A DNA stretch of 64,000 bases from Vicinamibacteria bacterium. Lineage in GTDB: Bacteria; Acidobacteriota; Vicinamibacteria; Marinacidobacterales; Marinacidobacteraceae. The notes beneath the pieces are model-generated. The model saw nothing but the letters and a program-made list of their open reading frames with translations, searched no databases and was not told where the DNA came from. Both the position numbers and the translations under genes were made by a program. The stretch covers positions 1,632,001 through 1,696,000 of the forward strand of contig OZ241322.1 of assembly GCA_965199715.1 (NCBI GenBank), read 5' to 3'. How positions within the stretch are numbered: position 1 is the first letter of the stretch; each line of letters opens with the position of its first letter. Of this stretch, positions 18,370-30,455 are shown piece by piece.

Positions 18370-19629
18370 GTGATCTGGACGGCGGCCGCGGCGCTCGCCG
18401 CGATCACGCTGCTCTCGGGGTTCTTCTCCGGTTCGGAGACGGCCCTGACCGCGGCGCGCTGGCACCGGATCCGGGCGATGGGAAAGAGCCGCCGCCGCGC
18501 CGAGGCGGTCCGCCGCGTCACCGAGCGTCCCGAACGGTTCCTCGCCTCGATCCTCATCGGCAACGTGTTCGTGAACACGCTGGCCGGGGTGCTGATGACC
18601 ACGGTCCTCGCGATCGGCGCGACCTCGCCCGAAAGCCGGGTGCGGGCGGCCACGATCGCGACCGTCGTCACCACCGTGGCGCTCCTCGTCTTCGGCGAGA
18701 TGGTCCCGAAATCGGTCGCCGCCCGTCGCCCGGAAGCGTGGGCGCTCGCGGCCATCCGCCCGGTGCAGGTCGTCTTCCGGTTCCTCGGGCCGGTCGCCGG
18801 CCTCCTCGAGTGGGTCGCGGCGCAGGTGCTGCGGGTGTTCGGGTTCGCTCCGCAGCAGCGGCGCGGAGGGCTCAGCGCGGCCGAGCTGCGGGCCATGGTC
18901 GAGGCGAGCGACCCGGACCGCGAGGCCGAGCTGATGGCCCAGTTGGTGCGGGTCACCGGGCGGCGGCTCACCGAGGTCATGACCCCTCGCCGCGACGTCG
19001 CCGCGCTCTCCGAAGGCGCCGGGGCCGTCGAGGCGATCCGCCTGTTCCGGGAACGCCACCACTCGCGGGTGCCGGTCTATCGGGGCAGCCTCGACAACGT
19101 ACTCGGCGTGCTCCACGTCCACGACGTCCTCGAGGCGGCCGCCTTCGGAGCGCCGCTGCGGCTCGAACGAAGCATCCGCCAGGCGCACTACGCGCCCGGC
19201 GCCGCGACGCTCAGCCAGGCGCTCCAGACCATGCGCGAATCGGGGAGCCGCATGCTCATCGTCGTGGACGAGCACGGCGGCGTGGAGGGACTCGTCACGC
19301 TGCGGAAGCTCCTCGAGATCGTCGGCGATCCCGAGCCCGACGCGCTGCGCCGCCTTCCCGACGGGAGCCTCAGCGTGAGCGGGGCGCTCGCGGTGGCCGA
19401 GGCCAACCGCCTCCTCGAGGCGGAGGGCGTCGAATGGACGATCCCGCTCCACGACGACTACGACACCGTGGCCGGATACGCGCTCAAGCGGTTCGGGCGG
19501 ATTCCGCAACCGGGCGACGCGACCCGCGACCGGGGGGCGGAGATCGCGGTCGCGAGCCTCGACGCGAACCGCATCGACCGGGTGCGCATCGTGCCCGAGG
19601 ACGAGGACACGGGTGACGAAGCGGCCTGA
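18370..19629 (+). CDS. CNNM/hemolysin-family protein (DUF21-CBS-CorC)
   Basis: FFSGSETAL, FGEMVPK, VMTPRRDV, HSRVPVY, VDEHGGVEGLVT, YDTVAG. Confidence 0.9.
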   Translation: MIWTAAAALAAITLLSGFFSGSETALTAARWHRIRAMGKSRRRAEAVRRVTERPERFLASILIGNVFVNTLAGVLMTTVLAIGATSPESRVRAATIATVVTTVALLVFGEMVPKSVAARRPEAWALAAIRPVQVVFRFLGPVAGLLEWVAAQVLRVFGFAPQQRRGGLSAAELRAMVEASDPDREAELMAQLVRVTGRRLTEVMTPRRDVAALSEGAGAVEAIRLFRERHHSRVPVYRGSLDNVLGVLHVHDVLEAAAFGAPLRLERSIRQAHYAPGAATLSQALQTMRESGSRMLIVVDEHGGVEGLVTLRKLLEIVGDPEPDALRRLPDGSLSVSGALAVAEANRLLEAEGVEWTIPLHDDYDTVAGYALKRFGRIPQPGDATRDRGAEIAVASLDANRIDRVRIVPEDEDTGDEAA

Positions 19630-20611
19630 CCTCCGCAAGGCGCTCGCGCAGCTTCCGGCCCGGTCCGGACGGCTGCGTCTCGGGATCGGACTTTCGGGCG
19701 GACGGGACTCGACGGCGCTCGTCCGGCTGCTCGCGGCGCTCGACCCGCGCCCGGCGCTCGTCGGCCTCCATCTCGACCACGCGCTGCGTCCCGACTCGGG
19801 GGATCAGGCCCGCTTCGTCCGCCGCCTCGGCGCCGAGCTCGGGATCCCGGTCGTCGAACGCCGCGAGGACGTGGCCGTCCGCGCCCGGGAATCCCGTCGG
19901 CCGGTCGAGGAAGCCGGACGGCTCGCTCGGCTGGACTTCTTCGCCCGCGAGGCGCAGGAACGCGACCTGGACGCGGTCGCGGTCGCCCACACCCGCAGCG
20001 ACCAGGCCGAGACCCTGCTGCTGCAGCTCGCGCGGGGAGCGGGAGGACTGGGACTCTCGGCGATGCCGGTCGTGCGGACGGGTCCCCGCGGCTTCCGGCT
20101 CTTCCGACCGCTGCTCGGGGTCCCCCGCGCCGAACTCGCGGCGCTCGCCGAAGCCGAGGGCTGGGAGTGCTACGCGGACCCGTGGAACGAGGACGACCGC
20201 TTCGCCCGGGTGCGGGTCCGCAAGCGCGTGCTCCCGTGCCTCGAGGAAGAGCTCAACCCGCAGGCCGAGCGCGCGCTGGCCCGGACCGCGCGCCTGCTGC
20301 GGGACGACGAGGCATGGCTCGCCGAAGCCGCCCGCGCCCGCTTCGAGGAGCTCGCGGGCGGGGAGGACCCGGTGCGCCTCCCGGTCCGGGCCCTGGCCGG
20401 CTTGCACCCCGGGCTCGCCCGCCGCGTCCTGCGCGAGGCGATCCGCTCGGCCCGGGGACACCTGCGGCGGATCGAGCTGGTGCACGTCGAGGCGGTTTGG
20501 GACCTCGTCCGGACCCCGCGCCGCGGCGCGTCGCTCGACCTGCCCGGCGTCGTCGTGCGCATCGAGGAGCGCGGGGACCGAACCCTCATCGTGGCGGCTC
20601 GCCCGGTATAA
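19613..20611 (+). CDS. tilS: tRNA(Ile)-lysidine synthetase (short form)
   Basis: PP-loop [24 protein letters not shown]. Confidence 0.9.
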   Translation: MTKRPDLRKALAQLPARSGRLRLGIGLSGGRDSTALVRLLAALDPRPALVGLHLDHALRPDSGDQARFVRRLGAELGIPVVERREDVAVRARESRRPVEEAGRLARLDFFAREAQERDLDAVAVAHTRSDQAETLLLQLARGAGGLGLSAMPVVRTGPRGFRLFRPLLGVPRAELAALAEAEGWECYADPWNEDDRFARVRVRKRVLPCLEEELNPQAERALARTARLLRDDEAWLAEAARARFEELAGGEDPVRLPVRALAGLHPGLARRVLREAIRSARGHLRRIELVHVEAVWDLVRTPRRGASLDLPGVVVRIEERGDRTLIVAARPV

Positions 20612-20658
20612 TCGACCATGAGCGTTTCTCAGGGTCCGAGCGTGGGGAAGGCCGCAGC

Positions 20659-22575
<1,917 letters not shown>

Positions 22576-22591
22576 CGGAGCGCCGTTCCTC

Positions 22592-23440
22592 TTGACCGAC
22601 AGCCTCGGCGAGTTCCTGGCCGCGCTGGCGGAGCGGCTTTCGTTCGCCGCCGTGGTCGATATCCTGCTGGTGGCGGTGGCGATCCACCTGCTGCTCCGGC
22701 TCATCGAGGGGCGGCGCGCGTCGCAGATGGCGTTCGGCACCGTCATCCTCGGCGGCGCGCTCGTGCTGACCGGGTCCAGCCCGCTCGGGCTGACCACGGT
22801 CCAGTGGATCGTCCGCAACGCCGCGCCCTACGTGGGCATCGCCCTGATCGTGCTCTACCAGGCGGAGATCCGCCGGGGACTCGCCCGCCTCGGCGGCGGC
22901 GGGCTCGCGTTCCGGCCCGGGCGCCACGCCGAAAACCAGCGGAACCGCACGCTCCGGGTGCTGGCGGACGCCGCCACGAGGCTCTCTCGCAGCCGCCTCG
23001 GCGGCATCATCGTCTGGCAGGGACGGATCGGCCTGAAGAGCTACCAGGACACCGGACGCCTGGTCGGGGCGAGGCTGAGCGCGGACCTGCTGCTCGCGGT
23101 GTTCCAGCCGGGATCGCCGCTCCATGACGGCGCGGCGATCGTGGCCGGCAACCGCATCGTGGCCGCCCGCTGTCTCCTCCCGATGACCGTCCAGGAAGCC
23201 GACGTGGGCGGGACGCGGCACCGGGCGGCGCTCGGCCTCACCGAGGAAACCGACGCCACGGTGCTGGTCGTCTCCGAGGAGACCGGACGGGTCAGCGTGG
23301 TCTCCGAGGGCGAGATCTACCCGGTGACCGACCGCGACGACCTCGAGGCGACCCTCGCCCGCTTCCGGCCCGACGACCGCGTCCACGACGAGGCGGAGCG
23401 GGTTCCCGAGTCCGCGACCTACGGGGAGGCCGTCCGGTGA
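22592..23440 (+). CDS. cdaA: Diadenylate cyclase CdaA/DacA
   Basis: Three N-terminal TMs, YQAEIRRGL, PLHDGA, GTRHRAALG, VSEETG. TTG start approximate. Confidence 0.92.
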   Translation: MTDSLGEFLAALAERLSFAAVVDILLVAVAIHLLLRLIEGRRASQMAFGTVILGGALVLTGSSPLGLTTVQWIVRNAAPYVGIALIVLYQAEIRRGLARLGGGGLAFRPGRHAENQRNRTLRVLADAATRLSRSRLGGIIVWQGRIGLKSYQDTGRLVGARLSADLLLAVFQPGSPLHDGAAIVAGNRIVAARCLLPMTVQEADVGGTRHRAALGLTEETDATVLVVSEETGRVSVVSEGEIYPVTDRDDLEATLARFRPDDRVHDEAERVPESATYGEAVR

Positions 23441-24423
23441 GCGCCCCGGGTTCGGCTTCCAGGCGGTTCCGCGCCGGCGAACTGGGGCGGGCGGCCGTGT
23501 CGCTGGCGCTCGCCTTCGGCCTGTGGTTCGTCGTCGGCGACGAGGACGGGGCCGAGATCCTCGCGCAGGTGCCGTTGGAGCTGCGCAACGTTCCGCCCGG
23601 CCACGAGGTGGTCGATCAGTCGGTGAACGAAGTCGAGGTGCGTCTGCGCGGGTCCTCGCGGCTGCTGCGCGAGGTGCCCCTGCCCGAGCTGCGCGCCTTC
23701 GTGGACCTCTCGGGCGAGGACCCGGGCGAGCGCACGTGGTTCCTCTCGGCGGACGCGGTGGAGGCGCCCGCCGGAGTCGAGGTCATGCGGGTGGAGCCGT
23801 CGTCGCTGCTGCTCCGGCTGGACCAGACGGTCACCCGCGAGGTCTTCGTGAGCGAGCGCGTCCTCGGCGAGCCCGCCGCCGGGTTCGAGATCTACTCGAT
23901 CGAGATCGAGCCGCGCGAGCTGTCCATCCGGGGGCCGGAGTCGCTGCTCGCGGATCTCCAGCAGGTCACGACCGAGCCGATCTCGGCGGACGGACTCCGG
24001 GAGAGTTACGCCAGCACGCTCGGCGTGGAGCTGTCGCCCGCGCTCCGGCCGAGCGTGCGCCGGGTCGAGCTGGAGCTGCGCATCGGCCCCGAGCGCGAAT
24101 CCATGGAGCTCGCGCTGTCGCTGCGGCGGGCCGAGGACGAGCTCGGCGACCCGGTGGAATGCGCGTGGGAGCCGGCCTCGCTGCGGGCGGCGTTGCGGGT
24201 TCCGCCGGAGCTCGTCTCGAGGGTGTCCGCCGAGACGCTCTTCGCCGAGGTGTCGTGCTCGGGACTGCCGCCGGGCGACCATGAGGTCGCGCCGGCGCTC
24301 GTCTTCCCCGACGATCCCGACGCGGCGATCGAGGCGACCTCGTTCGCCCCGGAGACAGTGATGGTGCGGGTGCTGCTTCCCGAGGCAGACGCGACCGAGA
24401 CGCCGGCCTGGGGAGGACCGTGA
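23437..24423 (+). CDS. cdaR: CdaR/YbbR-like regulator
   Basis: N-terminal TM (SLALAFGLWFVV), repeated beta-rich YbbR-like units; directly after cdaA. Confidence 0.82.
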   Translation: MSAPGSASRRFRAGELGRAAVSLALAFGLWFVVGDEDGAEILAQVPLELRNVPPGHEVVDQSVNEVEVRLRGSSRLLREVPLPELRAFVDLSGEDPGERTWFLSADAVEAPAGVEVMRVEPSSLLLRLDQTVTREVFVSERVLGEPAAGFEIYSIEIEPRELSIRGPESLLADLQQVTTEPISADGLRESYASTLGVELSPALRPSVRRVELELRIGPERESMELALSLRRAEDELGDPVECAWEPASLRAALRVPPELVSRVSAETLFAEVSCSGLPPGDHEVAPALVFPDDPDAAIEATSFAPETVMVRVLLPEADATETPAWGGP

Positions 24424-25073
24424 CGGCGGTGCCGCGCCGGCGCTCCACGATCCGCGAGTACTTCGAGTCGTTGTGCGTCGCGGTGGTGCTCGCGCTCTTC
24501 CTGCGGACGTTCGTCTTCCAGAACTTCGTGATCCCGACCGGCTCGATGGAGGAGAGCCTGCTCATCGGCGACCACCTGCTGGTGAACAAGATGCTCTACC
24601 ATGACGCCGGCGTCCCACTGCTCCCCACGGCGGAGATCGAGCGCGGGGATGTCGTCGTGTTCAAGTTCCCCGAGGATCCCGAACGCGACTTCATCAAGCG
24701 GGTGATCGGGCTCTCCGGCGAGACGGTCACGGTGAGGCCGCGCGGCGTCTCCATCGACGGGCGGCCGCTCGAGGAGGACTACACCCAGTTCCTGTACGGC
24801 GGGGGCCGGGGCGAGCGCGACTACCGGGTGCCCGAGGGGCACGTGTTCGTGATGGGCGACAGTCGGGACAACAGCGACGACAGCCGCTTCTGGGGCGCGC
24901 TGCCGCAGGGCCACATCAAGGGCAAGGCGCTGTTCATCTACTGGTCCTACGACGCGCCGCGGGAGGAGTACCTCGAGACGAGCGTGGCCCGCCAGGCGAT
25001 GGACCTGCTGCTGGTACCGTTCCGGTTCGTCCAGCGCACGCGCTGGGAGCGGTTCTTCGAAAGCGCGAGCTGA
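24420..25073 (+). CDS. lepB: Signal peptidase I
   Basis: IPTGSM, RGDVVVF, FIKRVIG, MGDSRDNSDDSRFWG. Confidence 0.95.
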   Translation: MTAVPRRRSTIREYFESLCVAVVLALFLRTFVFQNFVIPTGSMEESLLIGDHLLVNKMLYHDAGVPLLPTAEIERGDVVVFKFPEDPERDFIKRVIGLSGETVTVRPRGVSIDGRPLEEDYTQFLYGGGRGERDYRVPEGHVFVMGDSRDNSDDSRFWGALPQGHIKGKALFIYWSYDAPREEYLETSVARQAMDLLLVPFRFVQRTRWERFFESAS

Positions 25074-25076
25074 CGG

Positions 25077-25745
25077 CTACCGGGGGCCGAAGATCGCGGT
25101 CCCGACCCTGACGGTCGTGGCGCCTTCGGCGATGGCGACCTCGAAGTCGTGGCTCATCCCCATCGAGAGCTCCGGCGGATCGGGCAGGAGGCCGGCGGCG
25201 GCCGATCGTTCGGCGAGCTCGCGCAGGCGGGCGAACCACGGCCGCACCCGCTCGGGGTCAGGATCGAACGGCGGGATCAACATGAGTCCCCGGACGGAGA
25301 GCCGGTCCAGCGGGCCGAGCGCCTCGAGCGCCCCGGGAAGCTCCGCCTCGGGAATGCCGGACTTGGCCTCCTCGCCGGCGAGATCCACCTGGGCGAACAC
25401 CGCGAGCTTCGTTTCGGCCAGCCGGTTCAGGCGGGCGGCGAGCCGCACGCTGTCCACCGACTGGATGACCGGGAAGAGTCCGACCGCGAGCCGCGCCTTG
25501 TTGCTCTGGAGGTGGCCGATCAGGTGGGCGGTGATGGGCGCCTGGACCAGCGGCAGCTTGGCGGCGGCCTCCTGGACCCGGTTCTCGCCGAAATGGCGCA
25601 ACCCGACCGCGACGGCGGCCTCGATGGCGGCCGCCGGACGGGTCTTCGAGACCGCGACGAGGGTGACTTCGGCGGGATCGCGCCCGGCCGCCTCCGCGGC
25701 CCGGCGGACGCGCTCCTGAACCGACTCGATCCGTTCCCGAATCAC
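25077..25745 (-). CDS. yggS: YggS/PROSC PLP homeostasis protein
   Basis: LVAVSKT, FGENRVQE, HLIGHLQSNK, LSMGMSHD, VRVGTAIFG. Confidence 0.95.
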   Translation of the reverse strand: MIRERIESVQERVRRAAEAAGRDPAEVTLVAVSKTRPAAAIEAAVAVGLRHFGENRVQEAAAKLPLVQAPITAHLIGHLQSNKARLAVGLFPVIQSVDSVRLAARLNRLAETKLAVFAQVDLAGEEAKSGIPEAELPGALEALGPLDRLSVRGLMLIPPFDPDPERVRPWFARLRELAERSAAAGLLPDPPELSMGMSHDFEVAIAEGATTVRVGTAIFGPR

Positions 25746-27646
25746 AGCGTCTTCAGGAAGGCCACCGCCTCGGCCTCGTCGGTGATGAGCGGGTAGTCGG
25801 GAAGGCTGCCCACGATGCGCTTGCCGTAGCGGGCCGTGACGAGGCGGGAGTCGAGCACCGCCGCGAGGCCCCGGTCGGTCCCCGAGCGAATGAGCCGCCC
25901 GAGGCCCTGCTTCAGGCTGAGCGCCGCCTCGGGAACCGAGTAATTCATGAACCCATTGCCACTTTCCGCCTCCACGCGATCCACGCGCGCCTTCTGGAGC
26001 GGATCGTCCGGAACCGAGAACGGGAGCCGGTCGATGACCAGCAGCGAGAGCGCATCGCCCCGCACGTCCACGCCCTCCCAGAACGAGCGGGTTCCCAGCA
26101 GCACCGCGTTGGGGGTCGTCCGGAACTGGTCGAGAAGACCGGCGGCCCCCGATCCCCACCGCTGACGGATCACCGTCTGGCTTACGAGTCTCGGGAGGAT
26201 GGCCGCAACCTGGTTCAAGCTCTTCCAGCTCGTGAACAGCACGAGCGCCCGGCCCCGGCTCGCGGCGACGAGTCGGGCCACGGTTCTCGCGGCGGCGTCG
26301 CCGAAATTCGCCTCGTTGGGGTTCGGCATCTTCGGCGCTACGTACAGCCGGGCGTTCGTGCCGTAGTCGAACGGCGACGGGTGGATCGCGGTGGCCGGCG
26401 ACTCCACGCCGAGCTGGTCGGCCGCGTAGCCGAACTCGCCGTCCACGGCGAGCGTCGCCGAGGTCAGCACCGCCGCCCGCATCTCCGAGAACAGCCACTC
26501 CTTCAATTCGGCTCCCGGATGCACCGGGGCCGAATGGAGCGAACTCACCCGCTTCCGCTCCTTGCCGGGCTGCTGGCGATGGAAGGCGCACCAGACGACC
26601 CGGTTTTCCCTCGGCGCGAGGATGTTCCCCAGCGCGTCCGACAGCTCGCCGATCTCGTGGGCGACTCCCGCCAGACCCTCCCGGTCGTCTTCGGCGACGA
26701 TGCGGTTCACGTCGTCGAGATGCGCGAGGCAGGCGTCCCGCGACCTGACGACGGCGGAATCCAGCCTCTTGGCTTCGAGCACCCGCTTCCCGTCGCCGTC
26801 GTCCGGCTCGATGGCGTCGAAGAGGCGCCGGTAGGACTGCACGAAGCGATCCAGGTGCGCCGGAGGGCGCTTGCCCGCCTCGTTCAGGAACGACTTCACG
26901 CTCCTCGCGAGCGTCTCCGCCGCCGAAGAGGTGATCTCCAGCCGGAAGCTGCTCGTGGCGGCCCCCTCCAACCGGTGCGCCTCGTCCACGACGACCGTGT
27001 CGTAGTCGGGGAGCACGAACCCGCCCACCGCCAGATCAGCGACCAGGAGCGCGTGGTTCACGACCAGGATCCGCGCGTCCTCGGCGCGGGCGCGCGCCTT
27101 CGTAAGGAAGCAGTCCTCGAAGAGTTTGCATTCCTTGCCGGAGCAGTTCTCGGGAGCGGCGGCGAGCGCCCCGAAGAAGTCGAACTCTCCGATCTCCGCC
27201 GCGATCTCGTCCCGGTCGCCAGTCTCGGTCGCGGATGCCCACTTTCCGAAGCGCTTCAGGTCGCGCCGGCGTTCCGCACGCAGCGTCGGGGGCGCTTCGT
27301 AGTCCGCCCATAGCCGACGGCATAGGTAATTCCGACGCCCCTTCAACCGCGCCACGGGAACGTCAATGCCCAGGATCCGCTGGACGAACGGAAGGTCCTT
27401 GTCGAACAACTGGTCCTGGAGGGCCTTCGTCGCGGTCGAGACCACGACGCGCCCGCTGCCGAGCAGCGCCGGCAGGAGGTACGCCCATGACTTCCCGATC
27501 CCGGTGCCCGCCTCCACCATGAGATTCCCGCCGTTCTCGAGCGCGTCCTGGACCTCGTCGGCCATCCGCGCCTGGCCCGCGCGGCATTCATACCCCGGGG
27601 TCTGCGACAGCGCTCCCCCCGGGCGGAAGAAGTCCGACGCCCGCAC
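25742..27646 (-). CDS. dinG: DinG/YoaA-family ATP-dependent helicase
   Basis: EAGTGIGKS, LKGRRNYLC, Fe-S cysteines, DEAH, TSATL, FWEGVDV, QGLGRLIR. Confidence 0.92.
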   Translation of the reverse strand: MRASDFFRPGGALSQTPGYECRAGQARMADEVQDALENGGNLMVEAGTGIGKSWAYLLPALLGSGRVVVSTATKALQDQLFDKDLPFVQRILGIDVPVARLKGRRNYLCRRLWADYEAPPTLRAERRRDLKRFGKWASATETGDRDEIAAEIGEFDFFGALAAAPENCSGKECKLFEDCFLTKARARAEDARILVVNHALLVADLAVGGFVLPDYDTVVVDEAHRLEGAATSSFRLEITSSAAETLARSVKSFLNEAGKRPPAHLDRFVQSYRRLFDAIEPDDGDGKRVLEAKRLDSAVVRSRDACLAHLDDVNRIVAEDDREGLAGVAHEIGELSDALGNILAPRENRVVWCAFHRQQPGKERKRVSSLHSAPVHPGAELKEWLFSEMRAAVLTSATLAVDGEFGYAADQLGVESPATAIHPSPFDYGTNARLYVAPKMPNPNEANFGDAAARTVARLVAASRGRALVLFTSWKSLNQVAAILPRLVSQTVIRQRWGSGAAGLLDQFRTTPNAVLLGTRSFWEGVDVRGDALSLLVIDRLPFSVPDDPLQKARVDRVEAESGNGFMNYSVPEAALSLKQGLGRLIRSGTDRGLAAVLDSRLVTARYGKRIVGSLPDYPLITDEAEAVAFLKTL

Positions 27647-27651
27647 CGGAG

Positions 27652-28926
27652 TCAGGCGGATTCCACGTAGAGCGGGAACCCCGACGCCATCTCCGCCACC
27701 TCGCCCTCGATCCGGCCCAGCAGCGCCTCGTCGTCGGGAGCGCGCAGCGCCCGGTCGAGGAACCCCGCCACGAGCTTCATCTCCGCCTCGTTCATCCCGC
27801 GGGTGGTCAGCGCCGCCGTCCCGAGGCGAAGCCCGCTCGCGACCATCGGCTTTTCCGGATCGAAGGGGATCGTGTTCTTGTTGGCGGTGATCCCCGCCGC
27901 CTCCAGCGCGACCTCGGCGACCCGCCCGGTCACGCCCCGGGGCCGCAGATCGACCAGCAGCAGGTGGTTGTCGGTGCCTCCAGACACCAGCCGGAACCCG
28001 TGCCCCATGAGCGCCTCGCCGAGCGCCTTCGCGTTCGCCACGACCTGACGGGCGTACACGGCGAACGCCGGATCCAGCGCCTCGCCGAAGCAGACCGCCT
28101 TCGCCGCGACCGTGTGCATCATCGGTCCACCCTGGATCCCGGGGAACGTGACGCGGTTCAGCGCCTTCGAGAGGTTCTTGCGGTTCCACAGGACGAGCCC
28201 GCCGCGCGGCCCCCGCAGCGTCTTGTGCGTGGTCGTGGTGACGACGTCCGAGTGCGGGAGCGGGTTCGGCAGCGCGCCGCCCGCGACCAGCCCGGCGATG
28301 TGGGCCATGTCGGTGATGACCGCGGCCCCGATCTCGTCGGCGATCTCACGGATCTCGGGGTTCGGGAGGATGCGCGGGTAGGCGCTCGCCCCGACCATGA
28401 TCATCCTCGGGCGGTGCTCGCGGGCCAGATCGCGCAACTGGTCGAGGTCCAGCCGCTCGTCCTCGCGGCGCACTCCGTAGGGGATGACCCGGTACAACTG
28501 GCCGGAGAAGTTGAGCGGATGCCCGTGGGTCAGGTGGCCGCCCTGGTCGAGCGCCATCCCGAGGTACGCGTCCCCCGGCTCGAGGAGCGCCATGTAGGCG
28601 ACCATGTTGGCCTGGCTGCCGCTGTGCGGCTGGACGTTGGCCCACTTCGAGCCGAAGAGCCGCTTCACCCGGTTCCGCGCCAGCGTCTCCGCCCGGTCCA
28701 CGTGGACGCAGCCGCCGTAGTACCGCCGCCCGGGATAGCCCTCGGCGTACTTGTTGGTCATCACCGAGGCGTTCGCCTCCAGGACCGCGTCGCTCGCGAA
28801 GTTCTCGGAGGCGATCAGTTCGAGCCCGAGCGACTGGCGGACTTCCTCGTCCCGGATGGACTCCGCGATCTCGGGATCCCGGTCGGCGAGGGCGGGGCCG
28901 AACCGGCGCCGTCGGAAGTCGGGCAT
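27652..28926 (-). CDS. glyA: Serine hydroxymethyltransferase
   Basis: [42 protein letters not shown]. Confidence 0.98.
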   Translation of the reverse strand: MPDFRRRRFGPALADRDPEIAESIRDEEVRQSLGLELIASENFASDAVLEANASVMTNKYAEGYPGRRYYGGCVHVDRAETLARNRVKRLFGSKWANVQPHSGSQANMVAYMALLEPGDAYLGMALDQGGHLTHGHPLNFSGQLYRVIPYGVRREDERLDLDQLRDLAREHRPRMIMVGASAYPRILPNPEIREIADEIGAAVITDMAHIAGLVAGGALPNPLPHSDVVTTTTHKTLRGPRGGLVLWNRKNLSKALNRVTFPGIQGGPMMHTVAAKAVCFGEALDPAFAVYARQVVANAKALGEALMGHGFRLVSGGTDNHLLLVDLRPRGVTGRVAEVALEAAGITANKNTIPFDPEKPMVASGLRLGTAALTTRGMNEAEMKLVAGFLDRALRAPDDEALLGRIEGEVAEMASGFPLYVESA

Positions 28927-28950
28927 CGCCCGGCAAGTATAGGTTTGGGG

Positions 28951-29820
28951 TCAGGCCAGATACGCCGCCGCGAACCCCGCCTGCGCGAACAGCATCATCA
29001 GGTACATGTGCCGCCACGAGACGTGGTTGCTCTCGGTCGCCAGCTCGTCGGGACGGCGCAGCATCAGCCAGGCGACGAAGGCCCCCCACGCCATGAGCGC
29101 GGCGGCCAGAAGGTCCAGAAGCAAGGGATCGCCGCTGAGGACGCCCATCCGGGTTCCGACCGGGATCAGCAGGAACGGGAGCACGAGGAACGGCGCGATC
29201 CGCCGGGCCGCGCCCTTCGGCCCGTAGCGGATCGGCAGCGTGCGGCAGCCGTCCAGCTTGTCTCCCTCGGCGTCGGAGAAGTCCTTGGTCGCGGTCGCGC
29301 CCAGCAGGAACAGCCCGAAGGTCGCGCCGAGGAACCACGGCTCCGGGTCCAGCACGGTCGCGACCGCCGACCACCCGGCGGCCTTGAGCAGCAGGCCCCG
29401 CGGAATCGCGATCGTCAGGTTGGCCAGCATCCCGCGCCGCTTCGTGCGAAGCGGCGGGGCCGAGTACGCCCACGTCAGCGCCGACGCCGCGGCGGCGAGG
29501 GCGAAGTACTCGAGCCCCACCGGAACGGCGAACAGGAGCGCGAGCACCCACGTGACGACGACGAACTTCCGCGCCTCGGGGAGGCTGAGCCGTCCCGACG
29601 GAAGCGGCCGGCCCGGCTTGACGACGCGGTCGATCGGCAGGTCGTGGATCTGGTTCAGCCCGTTGCTCGCCGCGTTCAGGAGCGCCGCCGAGAGCGCGCC
29701 GAGCAGCGGCCCCGCGAGCGGGATCGGCCCTTCGCCGGCCCACGCGGTCGCGCTCCCGCTGAGCAGCCCGGCGACCGGGAGCAGCAGCGTGAACGGGCGG
29801 GCGAACTCGAGCCGGATCAC
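28951..29820 (-). CDS. UbiA-superfamily prenyltransferase (DGGGP/chlorophyll-synthase-like motif set)
   Basis: ARPFTLL, NQIHDLPIDRVVKPGRPLPSGR, YSAPPLRTK, KDFSDAEGD. Confidence 0.85.
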   Translation of the reverse strand: MIRLEFARPFTLLLPVAGLLSGSATAWAGEGPIPLAGPLLGALSAALLNAASNGLNQIHDLPIDRVVKPGRPLPSGRLSLPEARKFVVVTWVLALLFAVPVGLEYFALAAAASALTWAYSAPPLRTKRRGMLANLTIAIPRGLLLKAAGWSAVATVLDPEPWFLGATFGLFLLGATATKDFSDAEGDKLDGCRTLPIRYGPKGAARRIAPFLVLPFLLIPVGTRMGVLSGDPLLLDLLAAALMAWGAFVAWLMLRRPDELATESNHVSWRHMYLMMLFAQAGFAAAYLA

Positions 29821-30455
29821 CGCGAGACCAGGACGCCGAGGAGCGCCCCGAAGATCCCCGAGACCAAGTTCACGCCGTCGCCGCTGAGGAGTCCTCTCGT
29901 CTCGAGCGGCGCGAGCAGCCCCTCGGCGAACGCGGCGAGGAATCCGGCCCCCGCGACGGGAAGGACGAGCCGGCCGGGAAGCGGCAGGACGAGCGCCGCC
30001 GCCCCGGCCACGACGAGCGCCGCGCCGAGCCCGGCCGCGGAGCCGACGAGGCTGACCGCGCCCTCGGTCCCGGCCGGAACCCGCCGGAAGTCCGGCAGCC
30101 GCCGGGGCGTCCCGCCGAACGCCTTGCCGATCTCGGCGGAGACCGTGTCCGCGGCGGCAGTCGCGAGCGCGGCGACGAACCCGCCGAGCCACGCCGGGCC
30201 GGCGAGCGCGCACAGCGCCGCCGGCAGCCCGTTCGCGAGCGCCTGCCGACCGCCCCGCGCCTCCGGCTCGCCGATCCGGGTCGCCGCCGATCCGACCACG
30301 AAGAACAGAACGAGCAGCGCGTAGCCGCCCCAGCCGAGCCCGACCGCGACCGCCGCCCCGAGCGCCGCGCCGGCGACCGCGCCGGACGCCCGCACCGTCC
30401 CGAGCCGCCAGCCGAGCGCGGCCAGCGCCGCGTTCAGCAGCAGGAGAACGGCCAT
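29817..30455 (-). CDS. DUF92/TMEM19-family membrane protein
   Basis: FFVVGS, QALANG, ADTVSAEIGK, VPAGTEGAVSLVGS. Confidence 0.88.
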   Translation of the reverse strand: MAVLLLLNAALAALGWRLGTVRASGAVAGAALGAAVAVGLGWGGYALLVLFFVVGSAATRIGEPEARGGRQALANGLPAALCALAGPAWLGGFVAALATAAADTVSAEIGKAFGGTPRRLPDFRRVPAGTEGAVSLVGSAAGLGAALVVAGAAALVLPLPGRLVLPVAGAGFLAAFAEGLLAPLETRGLLSGDGVNLVSGIFGALLGVLVSR

